Shown: piece after piece, positions 51,601 to 64,000 of the stretch | How the letters are laid out: each line of letters begins with the position of its first letter | Position numbering within the stretch: the stretch's first letter is position 1 | NCBI RefSeq assembly: GCF_964355755.1 | Contig: NC_092678.1 | Coordinates: forward strand, 9,794,352-9,858,351 | Reading direction: 5' to 3' | From: Antedon mediterranea | Lineage: Eukaryota > Animalia > Echinodermata | Length of the DNA stretch: 64,000 nucleotides | Translations under genes and position numbers: made by a program | The notes under the pieces: generated by a model | What the model saw: the letters and a program-made list of their open reading frames with translations, nothing else | What the model was told of the DNA's origin: nothing | Databases searched by the model: none

Positions 51601-53419
51601 GTGTAACCAAGTTTTTTTCGAAAATCTTAAAATGGTCTAAAACGTCTCCAAATGCGATTTGAAGCTTTTCTAAGCACTTTGGTGTTTTTATGTTAACAAG
51701 TTTTTTCGAAAATCACAAAATGGTCTAAAACGTCTCAAAATGCGATTTGAAGGTATTCTGAGCACTTTGGTGTTTTTGTGTGAAAAGTTTTAACGAAATG
51801 CTCAAAATGGTCTAAAACGGTTTCTAATGTGATTTTAACCACTTTGATGTTTTTGTGTGTAACCAAGTTCTTTTCGAAAATCACAAAATGGTCTAAAACG
51901 TCTCCAAATGCGATTTGAAGCTTTTCTAAGCACTTTGGTGTTTTTATGTTAACAAGTTTTTTCGAAAATCACAAGATGGTCTAAAACGTCTCAAAATGCG
52001 ATTTGAAGGTATTCTGAGCACTTTGGTGTTTTTGTGTGAAAAGTTTTAACGAAATGCTCAAAATGGTCTAAAACGGTTTCTAATGTGATTTTAACCACTT
52101 TGATGTTTTTGTGTAACCAAGTTTTTTCGAAAATCACAAAATGGTCTAAAACGTCTCCAAATGCGATTTGAAGCTTTTCTAAGCACTTTGGTGTTTTTAT
52201 GTTAACAAGTTTTTTCGAAAATCACAAAATGGTCTAAAACGTCTCCAAATGCGATTTGAAGCTATTCTGTACACTTTGATGTTTTGTGTGAAAAAAGTTT
52301 TGTCGAAATGCTCAAAATGGTCTAAAACGTTTTTAAAACGATATTAAGCTATTTTGTGCTCTTTGATGTTTTTGTGTAACCAAGTTTTATCGAAATGAAC
52401 AAAATGTTCTAAAACGTCTCCAAATGCGATTTGAAGCTTTTCCAAGCACTTTGCTGTTTTTATGTTAAGTTTTTTCGAAAATCACAAAATGGTCTAAAAC
52501 GTCTCTAAATGCGATTTGAAGGTATTCTGAGCACTTTGGTGTTTTTGTGTGAAAAGTTTTAACGAAATGCTCAAAATTGTCTAAAACGGTTTCTAATGTG
52601 ATTTTAAGCACTTTGATGTTTTTGTAAAACCAAGTTTCATCGAAATGCACAAAATGGTCTAAACCGTCTCCAAATGCGATTTGAAGCTTTTCCAAGCACT
52701 TTGCTGTTTTTATGTTAACAAGCTTTTTCGAAAATCACAAAATGGTCTAAAACGTCTCCAAATGCGATTTGAAGATATTCTGAGCACTTTGGTGTTTTTA
52801 TGATAAAAAGTTTTTTCGAAAATCACAAAATGGTCTAAAACGTCTCCAAATGCGATTTGAAGCTTTTCTAAACACTTTGGTGTTTTTATGTTAACAAGTT
52901 TTTTCGAAAATCACAAAATGATCTAAAACGTCTCCAAATCCGATTTGAAGCTATTCTGTACACTTTGATGTTTTGTGTGAAAAAGTTTTGTCGAAATTCT
53001 CAAAATGGTCTAAAACGTTTTTAAAACGATATTAAGCTATTTTGTGCTCTTTGATGTTTTTGTGTAACCAAGTTTCATCGATATGAACAAAATGGTCTAA
53101 AACGTCTCAAAATGCGATTTGAAGGTATTCTGAGCACTTTGGTGTTTTTGGGTGAAAAGTTTTAACGAAATGCTCAAAATGGTCTAAAACGGTTTCTAAT
53201 GTGATTTTAAGCACTTTGAAGTATTTGTAAAAACAAGTTTCATCGAAATGCACAAAATGGTCTAAAACGTCTCCAAATGCGATTTGAAGCTTTTCTAAGC
53301 ACTTTGGTGTTTTTATGTTAACAAGTTTTTTCGAAAATCACAAAATGGTCTAAAACGTCTCCAAATGCGATTTGAAGATATTCTGAGCACTTTGGTGTTT
53401 TTATGTTTAAAAGTTTTTT

Positions 53420-56400
53420 CGAAAATCACAAAATGGTCTAAAACGTCTCCAAATGCGATTTGAAGCTATTCTGTACACTTTGATGTTTTGTGTGAAAAAG
53501 TTTTGTCGAAATGCTCAAAATGGTTTAAAACGTTTTTAAAACGATATTAAGCTATTTTGTGCTCTTTGATGTTTTTGTATAACCAAGTTTCATCGAAATG
53601 CACAAAATGGTCTAAAACGTCTCCAAATACGATTTGAAGCTTTTCTAAGCACTTTATGCGATTTGAAGATATTCTGAGCACTTTGGTGTTTTTATGTTAA
53701 AAAGTTTTTTCGAAAATCACAAAATGGTCTAAAACGTCTCCAAATGCGATTTGAAGATATTCTGAGCACTTTGGTGTTTTTATGTTAAAAAGTTTTTTCG
53801 AAAATCACAAAATGGTCTAAAACGTCTCCAAATGCGATTTGAAGCTATTCTGTACACTTTGATGTTTTGTGTGAAAAAGTTTTGTCGAAATGCTCAAAAT
53901 GGTCTAAAACGTTTTTAAAACGATATAAAGCTATTTTGTGCTCTTTGAGGTTTTTGTGTAACCAAGTTTTTTCGAAAATCACAAAATGGTCTAAAACGTC
54001 TCCAAATGCGATTTGAAGCTTTTCTAAGCACTTTGGTGTTTTTATGTTAACAAGTTTTTTCGAAAATCACAAAATGGTCTAAAACGTTTTAAAATGCGAT
54101 TTGAAGGTATTCTGAGCACTTTGGTGTTTTTGTGTGAAAAGTTTTAACGAAATGCTCAAAATGGTCTAAAACGGTTTCTAATGTGATTTTAACCACTTTG
54201 ATGTTTTTGTGTAACCAAGTTTTTTCGAAAATCACAAAATGGTCTAAAACGTCTCCAAATGCGATTTGAAGCTTTTCTAAGCACTTTGGTGTTTTTATGT
54301 TAACAAGTTTTTTCGAAAATCACAAAATGGTCTAAAACGTCTCCAAATGCGATTTGAAGCTATTCTGTACACTTTGATGTTTTGTGTGAAAAAAGTTTTG
54401 TCGAAATGCTTAAAATGGTCTAAAACGTTTTTAAAACGATATTAAGCTATTTTGTGCTCTTTGATGTTTTTGTGTAACCAAGTTTTATCGAAATGAACAA
54501 AATGGTCTAAAACGTCTCCAAATGCGATTTGAAGCTTTTCCAAGCACTTTGCTGTTTTTATGTTAACAGGTTTTTTCGAAAATCACAAAATGGTCTAAAA
54601 CGTCTCAAAATGCGATTTGAAGGTATTCTGAGCACTTTGGTGTTTTTGTGTGAAAAGTTTTAACGAAATGCTCAAAATTGTCTAAAACGGTTTCTAATGT
54701 GATTTTAAGCACTTTGATGTTTTTGTAAAACCAAGTTTCATCGAAATGCACAAAATGGTCTAAAACGTCTCCAAATGCGATTTAAAGCTATTCTAGACAC
54801 TTTGATGTTTTGTGTGAAAAAGTTTTCTCGAAATGCTCAAAATGGTCTAAAACGTTTTCCAATTCCATATTAAGCTATTTTGTGCAATTTGATGTTTTTG
54901 TGTATCCAAGTTTCATCGAAATGAACAAAATGGTCTAAAACGTTTTTAAATACGATATTAAGCTGTTTTGTGCACTTTGATGATTTGTGTGAAAAGTTTT
55001 AACGAAATGCTCAAAATAGTCTAAAACGGTTTCTAATGTGATTTTAAGCACTTTGATGTTTTTGTGTAACCAAGTTTTTTCGGAAATCACAAAATGGTCT
55101 AAAACGTCTCCAAATGCGATTTGAAGCTTTTCTAAGCACTTTGGTGTTTTTATGTTAACAAGTTTTTTCGAAAATCACAAAATGGTCTAAAACGTCTCAA
55201 AATGCGATTTGAAGGTAATCTGAGCACTTTGGTGTTTTTGTGTGAAAAGTTTTAACGAAATGCTCAAAATGGTCTAAAACGGTTTCTAATGTGATTTTAA
55301 CCACTTTGATGTTTTTGTGTAACCAAGTTCTTTTCGAAAATCACAAAATGGTCTAAAACGTCTCCAAATGCGATTTGAAGCTCTTCTGTACACTTTGATG
55401 TTTTGTGTGAAAAAGTTTTGTCGAAATGCTCAAAATGGTCTAAAACGTTTTTAAATACGAAATTAAGCTGTTTTGTGCACTTTGATGATTTGTGTGAAAA
55501 GTTTTAACGAAATGCTCAAAATAGTCTATAACGGTTTCTAATGTGATTTTAAGCACTTTGATGTTTTTGTGTAACCAAGTTTTTTCGGAAATCACAAAAT
55601 GGTCTAAAACGTCTCCAAATGCGATTTGAAGCTTTTCTAAGCACTTTGGTGTTTTTATGTTAAAAAGTTTTTTCGAAAATCACAAAATTGTCTAAAACGT
55701 CTCAAAATGCGATTTGAAGGTATTCTGAGCACTTTGGTGTTTTTGTGTGAAAAAAGTTTTGTCGAAATGCTCAAAATGGTCTAAAACGTTTTTAAAACGA
55801 TATTAAGCTATTTTGTGCTCTTTGATGTTTTTGTGTAACCAAGTTTTATCGAAATGAACAAAATGGTCTAAAACGTCTCCAAATGCGATTTGAAGCTTTT
55901 CCAAGCACTTTGCTGTTTTTATATTAAGTTTTTTCGAAAATCACAAAATGGTCTAAAACGTCTCTAAATGCGATTTGAAGGTATTCTGAGCAATTTGGTG
56001 TTTTTGTGTGAAAAGTTTTAACGAAATGCTCAAAATTGTCTAAAACGGTTTCTAATGTGATTTTAAGCACTTTGATGTTTTTGTAAAACCAAGTTTCATC
56101 GAAATGCACAAAATGGTCTAAAACGTCTCCAAATGCGATTTGAAGCTATTCTGTACACTTTGATGTTTTGTGTGAAAAAAGTTTTGTCGAAATGCTCAAA
56201 ATGGTCTAAAACGTTTTTAAAACGATATTAAGCTATTTTGTGCTCTTTGATGTTTTTGTGTAACCAAGTTTTATCGAAATGAACAAAATGGTCTAAAACG
56301 TCTCCAAATGCGATTTGAAGCTTTTCCAAGCACTTTGCTGTTTTTATATTAAGTTTTTTCGAAAATCACAAAATGGTCTAAAACGTCTCTAAATGCGATT

Positions 56401-59400
56401 TGAAGGTATTCTGAGCAATTTGGTGTTTTTGTGTGAAAAGTTTTAACGAAATGCTCAAAATTGTCTAAAACGGTTTCTAATGTGATTTTAAGCACTTTGA
56501 TGTTTTTGTAAAACCAAGTTTCATCGAAATGCACAAAATGGTCTAAAACGTCTCCAAATGCGATTTGAAGCTATTCTGTACACTTTGATGTTTTGTGTGA
56601 AAAAAGTTTTGTCGAAATGCTCAAAATGGTCTAAAACGTTTTTAAAACGATATTAAGCTATTTTGTGCTCTTTGATGTTTTTGTGTAACCAAGTTTTATC
56701 GAAATGAACAAAATGGTCTAAAACGTCTCCAAATGCGATTTGAAGCTTTTCCAAGCACTTTGCTGTTTTTATGTTAACAGCTTTTTTCGAAAATCACAAA
56801 ATGGTCTAAAACGTCTCAAAATGCGATTTGAAGGTATTCTGAGCACTTTGGTGTTTTTGTGTGAAAAGTTTTAACGAAATGCTCAAAATTGTCTAAAACG
56901 GTTTCTAATGTGATTTTAAGCACTTTGATGTTTTTGTAAAACCAAGTTTCATCGAAATGCACAAAATGGTCTAAAATGTCTCCAAATGCGATTTGAAGCT
57001 TTTCCAAGCACTTTGCTGTTTTTATGTTAACAAGCTTTTTCGAAAATCACAAAATGGTCTAAAACGTCTCCAAATGTGATTTGAAGATATTCTGAGCACT
57101 TTGGTGTTTTTATGTTAAAAAGTTTTTTCGAAAATCACAAAATGGTCTAAAACGTCTCCAAATGCGATTTGAAGATATTCTGAGCACTTTGGTGTTTTTA
57201 TGTTAAAAAGTTTTTTCGAAAATCACAAAATGGTCTAAAACGTCTCCAAATGCGATTTGAAGCTATTCTGTACACTTTGATGTTTTGTGTGAAAAAGTTT
57301 TGTCGAAATGCTCAAAATGGTTTAAAACGTTTTTAAAACGATATTAAGCTATTTTGTGCTCTTTGATGTTTTTGTATAACCAAGTTTCATCGAAATGCAC
57401 AAAATGGTCTAAAACGTCTCCAAATACGATTTGAAGCTTTTCTAAGCACTTTATGCGATTTGAAGATATTCTGAGCACTTTGGTGTTTTTATGTTAAAAA
57501 GTTTTTTCGAAAATCACAAAATGGTCTAAAACGTCTCCAAATGCGATTTGAAGATATTCTGAGCACTTTGGTGTTTTTATGTTAAAAAGTTTTTTCGAAA
57601 ATCACAAAATGGTCTAAAACGTCTCCAAATGCGATTTGAAGCTTTTCTAAGCACTTTGGTGTTTTTATGTTAACAAGTTTTTTCGAAAATCACAAAATGG
57701 TCTAAAACGTTTTAAAATGCGATTTGAAGGTATTCTGAGCACTTTGGTGTTTTTGTGTGAAAAGTTTTAACGAAATGCTCAAAATGGTCTAAAACGGTTT
57801 CTAATGTGATTTTAACCACTTTGATGTTTTTGTGTAACCAAGTTTTTTCGAAAATCACAAAATGGTCTAAAACGTCTCCAAATGCGATTTGAAGCTTTTC
57901 TAAGCACTTTGGTGTTTTTATGTTAACAAGTTTTTTCGAAAATCACAAAATGGTCTAAAACGTCTCCAAATGCGATTTGAAGCTATTCTGTACACTTTGA
58001 TGTTTTGTGTGAAAAAAGTTTTGTCGAAATGCTTAAAATGGTCTAAAACGTTTTTAAAACGATATTAAGCTATTTTGTGCTCTTTGATGTTTTTGTGTAA
58101 CCAAGTTTTATCGAAATGAACAAAATGGTCTAAAACGTCTCCAAATGCGATTTGAAGCTTTTCCAAGCACTTTGCTGTTTTTATGTTAACAGGTTTTTTC
58201 GAAAATCACAAAATGGTCTAAAACGTCTCAAAATGCGATTTGAAGGTATTCTGAGCACTTTGGTGTTTTTGTGTGAAAAGTTTTAACGAAATGCTCAAAA
58301 TTGTCTAAAACGGTTTCTAATGTGATTTTAAGCACTTTGATGTTTTTGTAAAACCAAGTTTCATCGAAATGCACAAAATGGTCTAAAACGTCTCCAAATG
58401 CGATTTAAAGCTATTCTAGACACTTTGATGTTTTGTGTGAAAAAGTTTTCTCGAAATGCTCAAAATGGTCTAAAACGTTTTCCAATTCCATATTAAGCTA
58501 TTTTGTGCAATTTGATGTTTTTGTGTATCCAAGTTTCATCGAAATGAACAAAATGGTCTAAAACGTTTTTAAATACGATATTAAGCTGTTTTGTGCACTT
58601 TGATGATTTGTGTGAAAAGTTTTAACGAAATGCTCAAAATAGTCTAAAACGGTTTCTAATGTGATTTTAAGCACTTTGATGTTTTTGTGTAACCAAGTTT
58701 TTTCGGAAATCACAAAATGGTCTAAAACGTCTCCAAATGCGATTTGAAGCTTTTCTAAGCACTTTGGTGTTTTTATGTTAACAAGTTTTTTCGAAAATCA
58801 CAAAATGGTCTAAAACGTCTCAAAATGCGATTTGAAGGTAATCTGAGCACTTTGGTGTTTTTGTGTGAAAAGTTTTAACGAAATGCTCAAAATGGTCTAA
58901 AACGGTTTCTAATGTGATTTTAACCACTTTGATGTTTTTGTGTAACCAAGTTCTTTTCGAAAATCACAAAATGGTCTAAAACGTCTCCAAATGCGATTTG
59001 AAGCTCTTCTGTACACTTTGATGTTTTGTGTGAAAAAGTTTTGTCGAAATGCTCAAAATGGTCTAAAACGTTTTTAAATACGAAATTAAGCTGTTTTGTG
59101 CACTTTGATGATTTGTGTGAAAAGTTTTAACGAAATGCTCAAAATAGTCTATAACGGTTTCTAATGTGATTTTAAGCACTTTGATGTTTTTGTGTAACCA
59201 AGTTTTTTCGGAAATCACAAAATGGTCTAAAACGTCTCCAAATGCGATTTGAAGCTTTTCTAAGCACTTTGGTGTTTTTATGTTAACAAGTTTTTTCGAA
59301 AATCACAAAATTGTCTAAAACGTCTCAAAATGCGATTTGAAGGTATTCTGAGCACTTTGGTGTTTTTGTGTGAAAAAAGTTTTGTCGAAATGCTCAAAAT

Positions 59401-62400
59401 GGTCTAAAACGTTTTTAAAACGATATTAAGCTATTTTGTGCTCTTTGATGTTTTTGTGTAACCAAGTTTTATCGAAATGAACAAAATGGTCTAAAACGTC
59501 TCCAAATGCGATTTGAAGCTTTTCCAAGCACTTTGCTGTTTTTATATTAAGTTTTTTCGAAAATCACAAAATGGTCTAAAACGTCTCTAAATGCGATTTG
59601 AAGGTATTCTGAGCAATTTGGTGTTTTTGTGTGAAAAGTTTTAACGAAATGCTCAAAATTGTCTAAAACGGTTTCTAATGTGATTTTAAGCACTTTGATG
59701 TTTTTGTAAAACCAAGTTTCATCGAAATGCACAAAATGGTCTAAAACGTCTCCAAATGCGATTTGAAGCTATTCTGTACACTTTGATGTTTTGTGTGAAA
59801 AAAGTTTTGTCGAAATGCTCAAAATGGTCTAAAACGTTTTTAAAACGATATTAAGCTATTTTGTGCTCTTTGATGTTTTTGTGTAACCAAGTTTTATCGA
59901 AATGAACAAAATGGTCTAAAACGTCTCCAAATGCGATTTGAAGCTTTTCCAAGCACTTTGCTGTTTTTATATTAAGTTTTTTCGAAAATCACAAAATGGT
60001 CTAAAACGTCTCTAAATGCGATTTGAAGGTATTCTGAGCAATTTGGTGTTTTTGTGTGAAAAGTTTTAACGAAATGCTCAAAATTGTCTAAAACGGTTTC
60101 TAATGTGATTTTAAGCACTTTGATGTTTTTGTAAAACCAAGTTTCATCGAAATGCACAAAATGGTCTAAAACGTCTCCAAATGCGATTTGAAGCTATTCT
60201 GTACACTTTGATGTTTTGTGTGAAAAAAGTTTTGTCGAAATGCTCAAAATGGTCTAAAACGTTTTTAAAACGATATTAAGCTATTTTGTGCTCTTTGATG
60301 TTTTTGTGTAACCAAGTTTTATCGAAATGAACAAAATGGTCTAAAACGTCTCCAAATGCGATATGAAGCTTTTCCAAGCACTTTGCTGTTTTTATGTTAA
60401 CAGGTTTTTTCGAAAATCACAAAATGGTCTAAAACGTCTCAAAATGCGATTTGAAGGTATTCTGAGCACTTTGGTGTTTTTGTGTGAAAAGTTTTAACGA
60501 AATGCTCAAAATTGTCTAAAACGGTTTCTAATGTGATTTTAAGCACTTTGATGTTTTTGTAAAACCAAGTTTCATCGAAATGCACAAAATGGTCTAAAAT
60601 GTCTCCAAATGCGATTTGAAGCTTTTCCAAGCACTTTGCTGTTTTTATGTTAACAAGCTTTTTCGAAAATCACAAAATGGTCTAAAACGTCTCCAAATGT
60701 GATTTGAAGATATTCTGAGCACTTTGGTGTTTTTATGTTAAAAAGTTTTTTCGAAAATCACAAAATGGTCTAAAACGTCTCCAAATGCGATTTGAAGATA
60801 TTCTGAGCACTTTGGTGTTTTTATGTTAAAAAGTTTTTTCGAAAATCACAAAATGGTCTAAAACGTCTCCAAATGCGATTTGAAGCTATTCTGTACACTT
60901 TGATGTTTTGTGTGAAAAAGTTTTGTCGAAATGCTCAAAATGGTTTAAAACGTTTTTAAAACGATATTAAGCTATTTTGTGCTCTTTGATGTTTTTGTAT
61001 AACCAAGTTTCATCGAAATGCACAAAATGGTCTAAAACGTCTCCAAATACGATTTGAAGCTTTTCTAAGCACTTTTATGCGATTTGAAGATATTCTGAGC
61101 ACTTTGGTGTTTTTATGTTAAAAAGTTTTTTCGAAAATCACAAAATGGTCTAAAACGTCTCCAAATGCGATTTGAAGATATTCTGAGCACTTTGGTGTTT
61201 TTATGTTAAAAAGTTTTTTCGAAAATCACAAAATGGTCTAAAACGTCTCCAAATGCGATTTGAAGCTATTCTGTACACTTTGATGTTTTGTGTGAAAAAG
61301 TTTTGTCGAAATGCTCAAAATGGTCTAAAACGTTTTTAAAACGATATAAAGCTATTTTGTGCTCTTTGAGGTTTTTGTGTAACCAAGTTTTTTCGAAAAT
61401 CACAAAATGGTCTAAAACGTCTCCAAATGCGATTTGAAGCTTTTCTAAGCACTTTGGTGTTTTTATGTTAACAAGTTTTTTCGAAAATCACAAAATGGTC
61501 TAAAACGTTTTAAAATGCGATTTGAAGGTATTCTGAGCACTTTGGTGTTTTTGTGTGAAAAGTTTTAACGAAATGCTCAAAATGGTCTAAAACGGTTTCT
61601 AATGTGATTTTAACCACTTTGATGTTTTTGTGTAACCAAGTTTTTTCGAAAATCACAAAATGGTCTAAAACGTCTCCAAATGCGATTTGAAGCTTTTCTA
61701 AGAACTTTGGTGTTTTTATGTTAACAAGTTTTTTCGAAAATCACAAAATGGTCTAAAACGTCTCCAAATGCGATTTGAAGCTATTCTGTACACTTTGATG
61801 TTTTGTGTGAAAAAAGTTTTGTCGAAATGCTTAAAATGGTCTAAAACGTTTTTAAAACGATATTAAGCTATTTTGTGCTCTTTGATGTTTTTGTGTAACC
61901 AAGTTTTATCGAAATGAACAAAATGGTCTAAAACGTCTCCAAATGCGATTTGAAGCTTTTCCAAGCACTTTGCTGTTTTTATGTTAACAGGTTTTTTCGA
62001 AAATCACAAAATGGTCTAAAACGTCTCAAAATGCGATTTGAAGGTATTCTGAGCACTTTGGTGTTTTTGTGTGAAAAGTTTTAACGAAATGCTCAAAATT
62101 GTCTAAAACGGTTTCTAATGTGATTTTAAGCACTTTGATGTTTTTGTAAAACCAAGTTTCATCGAAATGCACAAAATGGTCTAAAACGTCTCCAAATGCG
62201 ATTTAAAGCTATTCTAGACACTTTGATGTTTTGTGTGAAAAAGTTTTCTCGAAATGCTCAAAATGGTCTAAAACGTTTTCCAATTCCATATTAAGCTATT
62301 TTGTGCAATTTGATGTTTTTGTGTATCCAAGTTTCATCGAAATGAACAAAATGGTCTAAAACGTTTTTAAATACGATATTAAGCTGTTTTGTGCACTTTG

Positions 62401-64000
62401 ATGATTTGTGTGAAAAGTTTTAACGAAATGCTCAAAATAGTCTAAAACGGTTTCTAATGTGATTTTAAGCACTTTGATGTTTTTGTGTAACCAAGTTTTT
62501 TCGGAAATCACAAAATGGTCTAAAACGTCTCCAAATGCGATTTGAAGCTTTTCTAAGCACTTTGGTGTTTTTATGTTAACAAGTTTTTTCGAAAATCACA
62601 AAATGGTCTAAAACGTCTCAAAATGCGATTTGAAGGTAATCTGAGCACTTTGGTGTTTTTGTGTGAAAAGTTTTAACGAAATGCTCAAAATGGTCTAAAA
62701 CGGTTTCTAATGTGATTTTAACCACTTTGATGTTTTTGTGTAACCAAGTTCTTTTCGAAAATCACAAAATGGTCTAAAACGTCTCCAAATGCGATTTGAA
62801 GCTCTTCTGTACACTTTGATGTTTTGTGTGAAAAAGTTTTGTCGAAATGCTCAAAATGGTCTAAAACGTTTTTAAATACGAAATTAAGCTGTTTTGTGCA
62901 CTTTGATGATTTGTGTGAAAAGTTTTAACGAAATGCTCAAAATAGTCTATAACGGTTTCTAATGTGATTTTAAGCACTTTGATGTTTTTGTGTAACCAAG
63001 TTTTTTCGGAAATCACAAAATGGTCTAAAACGTCTCCAAATGCGATTTGAAGCTTTTCTAAGCACTTTGGTGTTTTTATGTTAACAAGTTTTTTCGAAAA
63101 TCACAAAATTGTCTAAAACGTCTCAAAATGCGATTTGAAGGTATTCTGAGCACTTTGGTGTTTTTGTGTGAAAAAAGTTTTGTCGAAATGCTCAAAATGG
63201 TCTAAAACGTTTTTAAAACGATATTAAGCTATTTTGTGCTCTTTGATGTTTTTGTGTAACCAAGTTTTATCGAAATGAACAAAATGGTCTAAAACGTCTC
63301 CAAATGCGATTTGAAGCTTTTCCAAGCACTTTGCTGTTTTTATATTAAGTTTTTTCGAAAATCACAAAATGGTCTAAAACGTCTCTAAATGCGATTTGAA
63401 GGTATTCTGAGCAATTTGGTGTTTTTGTGTGAAAAGTTTTAACGAAATGCTCAAAATTGTCTAAAACGGTTTCTAATGTGATTTTAAGCACTTTGATGTT
63501 TTTGTAAAACCAAGTTTCATCGAAATGCACAAAATGGTCTAAAACGTCTCCAAATGCGATTTGAAGCTATTCTGTACACTTTGATGTTTTGTGTGAAAAA
63601 AGTTTTGTCGAAATGCTCAAAATGGTCTAAAACGTTTTTAAAACGATATTAAGCTATTTTGTGCTCTTTGATGTTTTTGTGTAACCAAGTTTTATCGAAA
63701 TGAACAAAATGGTCTAAAACGTCTCCAAATGCGATTTGAAGCTTTTCCAAGCACTTTGCTGTTTTTATATTAAGTTTTTTCGAAAATCACAAAATGGTCT
63801 AAAACGTCTCTAAATGCGATTTGAAGGTATTCTGAGCAATTTGGTGTTTTTGTGTGAAAAGTTTTAACGAAATGCTCAAAATTGTCTAAAACGGTTTCTA
63901 ATGTGATTTTAAGCACTTTGATGTTTTTGTAAAACCAAGTTTCATCGAAATGCACAAAATGGTCTAAAACGTCTCCAAATGCGATTTGAAGCTATTCTGT
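53420..64000. repeat. Tandem higher-order repeat, unit ~3.6-3.8 kb (~42-44 monomers), about 2.8 copies visible
   Basis: The private deletion marker CACTTT|ATGCG occurs at ~53656, 57453 and 61077 (spacing 3797, 3624). ORF-track echoes at 55924/59547/63345 are spaced 3623 and 3798. Confidence 0.9.

Larger units (their letters stand above)
18599..64000. repeat. Same satellite array (right arm), with multi-kb block duplications and higher-order repeats
   Basis: Same monomer families, orientation and phase as the left arm. It resumes mid-monomer (GTGCT|CTTTGATG) exactly where the left arm was interrupted, and runs off the right edge. Confidence 0.98.

Noticed and set aside
3078-63955. Many 60-116 aa minus-strand ORFs in the satellite (e.g. 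MEKLQIAFGD..., MHFDETWF...)
   Set aside because: These are translations of satellite monomers, mostly from non-ATG starts, and are broken by frequent frame-disrupting indels. They are useful only as repeat markers.
1-64000. Strand inversions, telomeric repeats, solo LTRs, tRNA/rRNA genes
   Set aside because: None seen: monomers keep one orientation and I found no non-satellite sequence outside 11487-18598.

Overview
Eukaryotic window, most likely animal because BEL/Pao elements are essentially metazoan. About 89% of it is one AT-rich tandem satellite array, all monomers head-to-tail in a single orientation. The monomer is ~87-88 bp, with a recurrent 77-78 bp variant, and forms variable higher-order repeats including a ~3.6-3.8 kb tandem unit at the right end; this resembles centromeric/pericentromeric DNA, but that role is inferred. 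The array is interrupted once by a young, full-length 7,112-bp BEL/Pao LTR retrotransposon on the minus strand (11487-18598). It has 803-bp TG..CA LTRs differing at one base by eye, a 5-bp TSD (GTGCT), a PPT, and a Gag-PR-RT-RNaseH-IN polyprotein split by two compensating 1-bp frameshifts. Unusual points: there is no canonical TGG primer-binding site; the 15-nt leader and LTR end resemble the host satellite; the gag AUG lies in a hairpin; the LTR carries a near-perfect RFX X-box; and empty paralogous copies of the insertion site occur elsewhere in the array. All comparisons were made by eye, without alignment tools.
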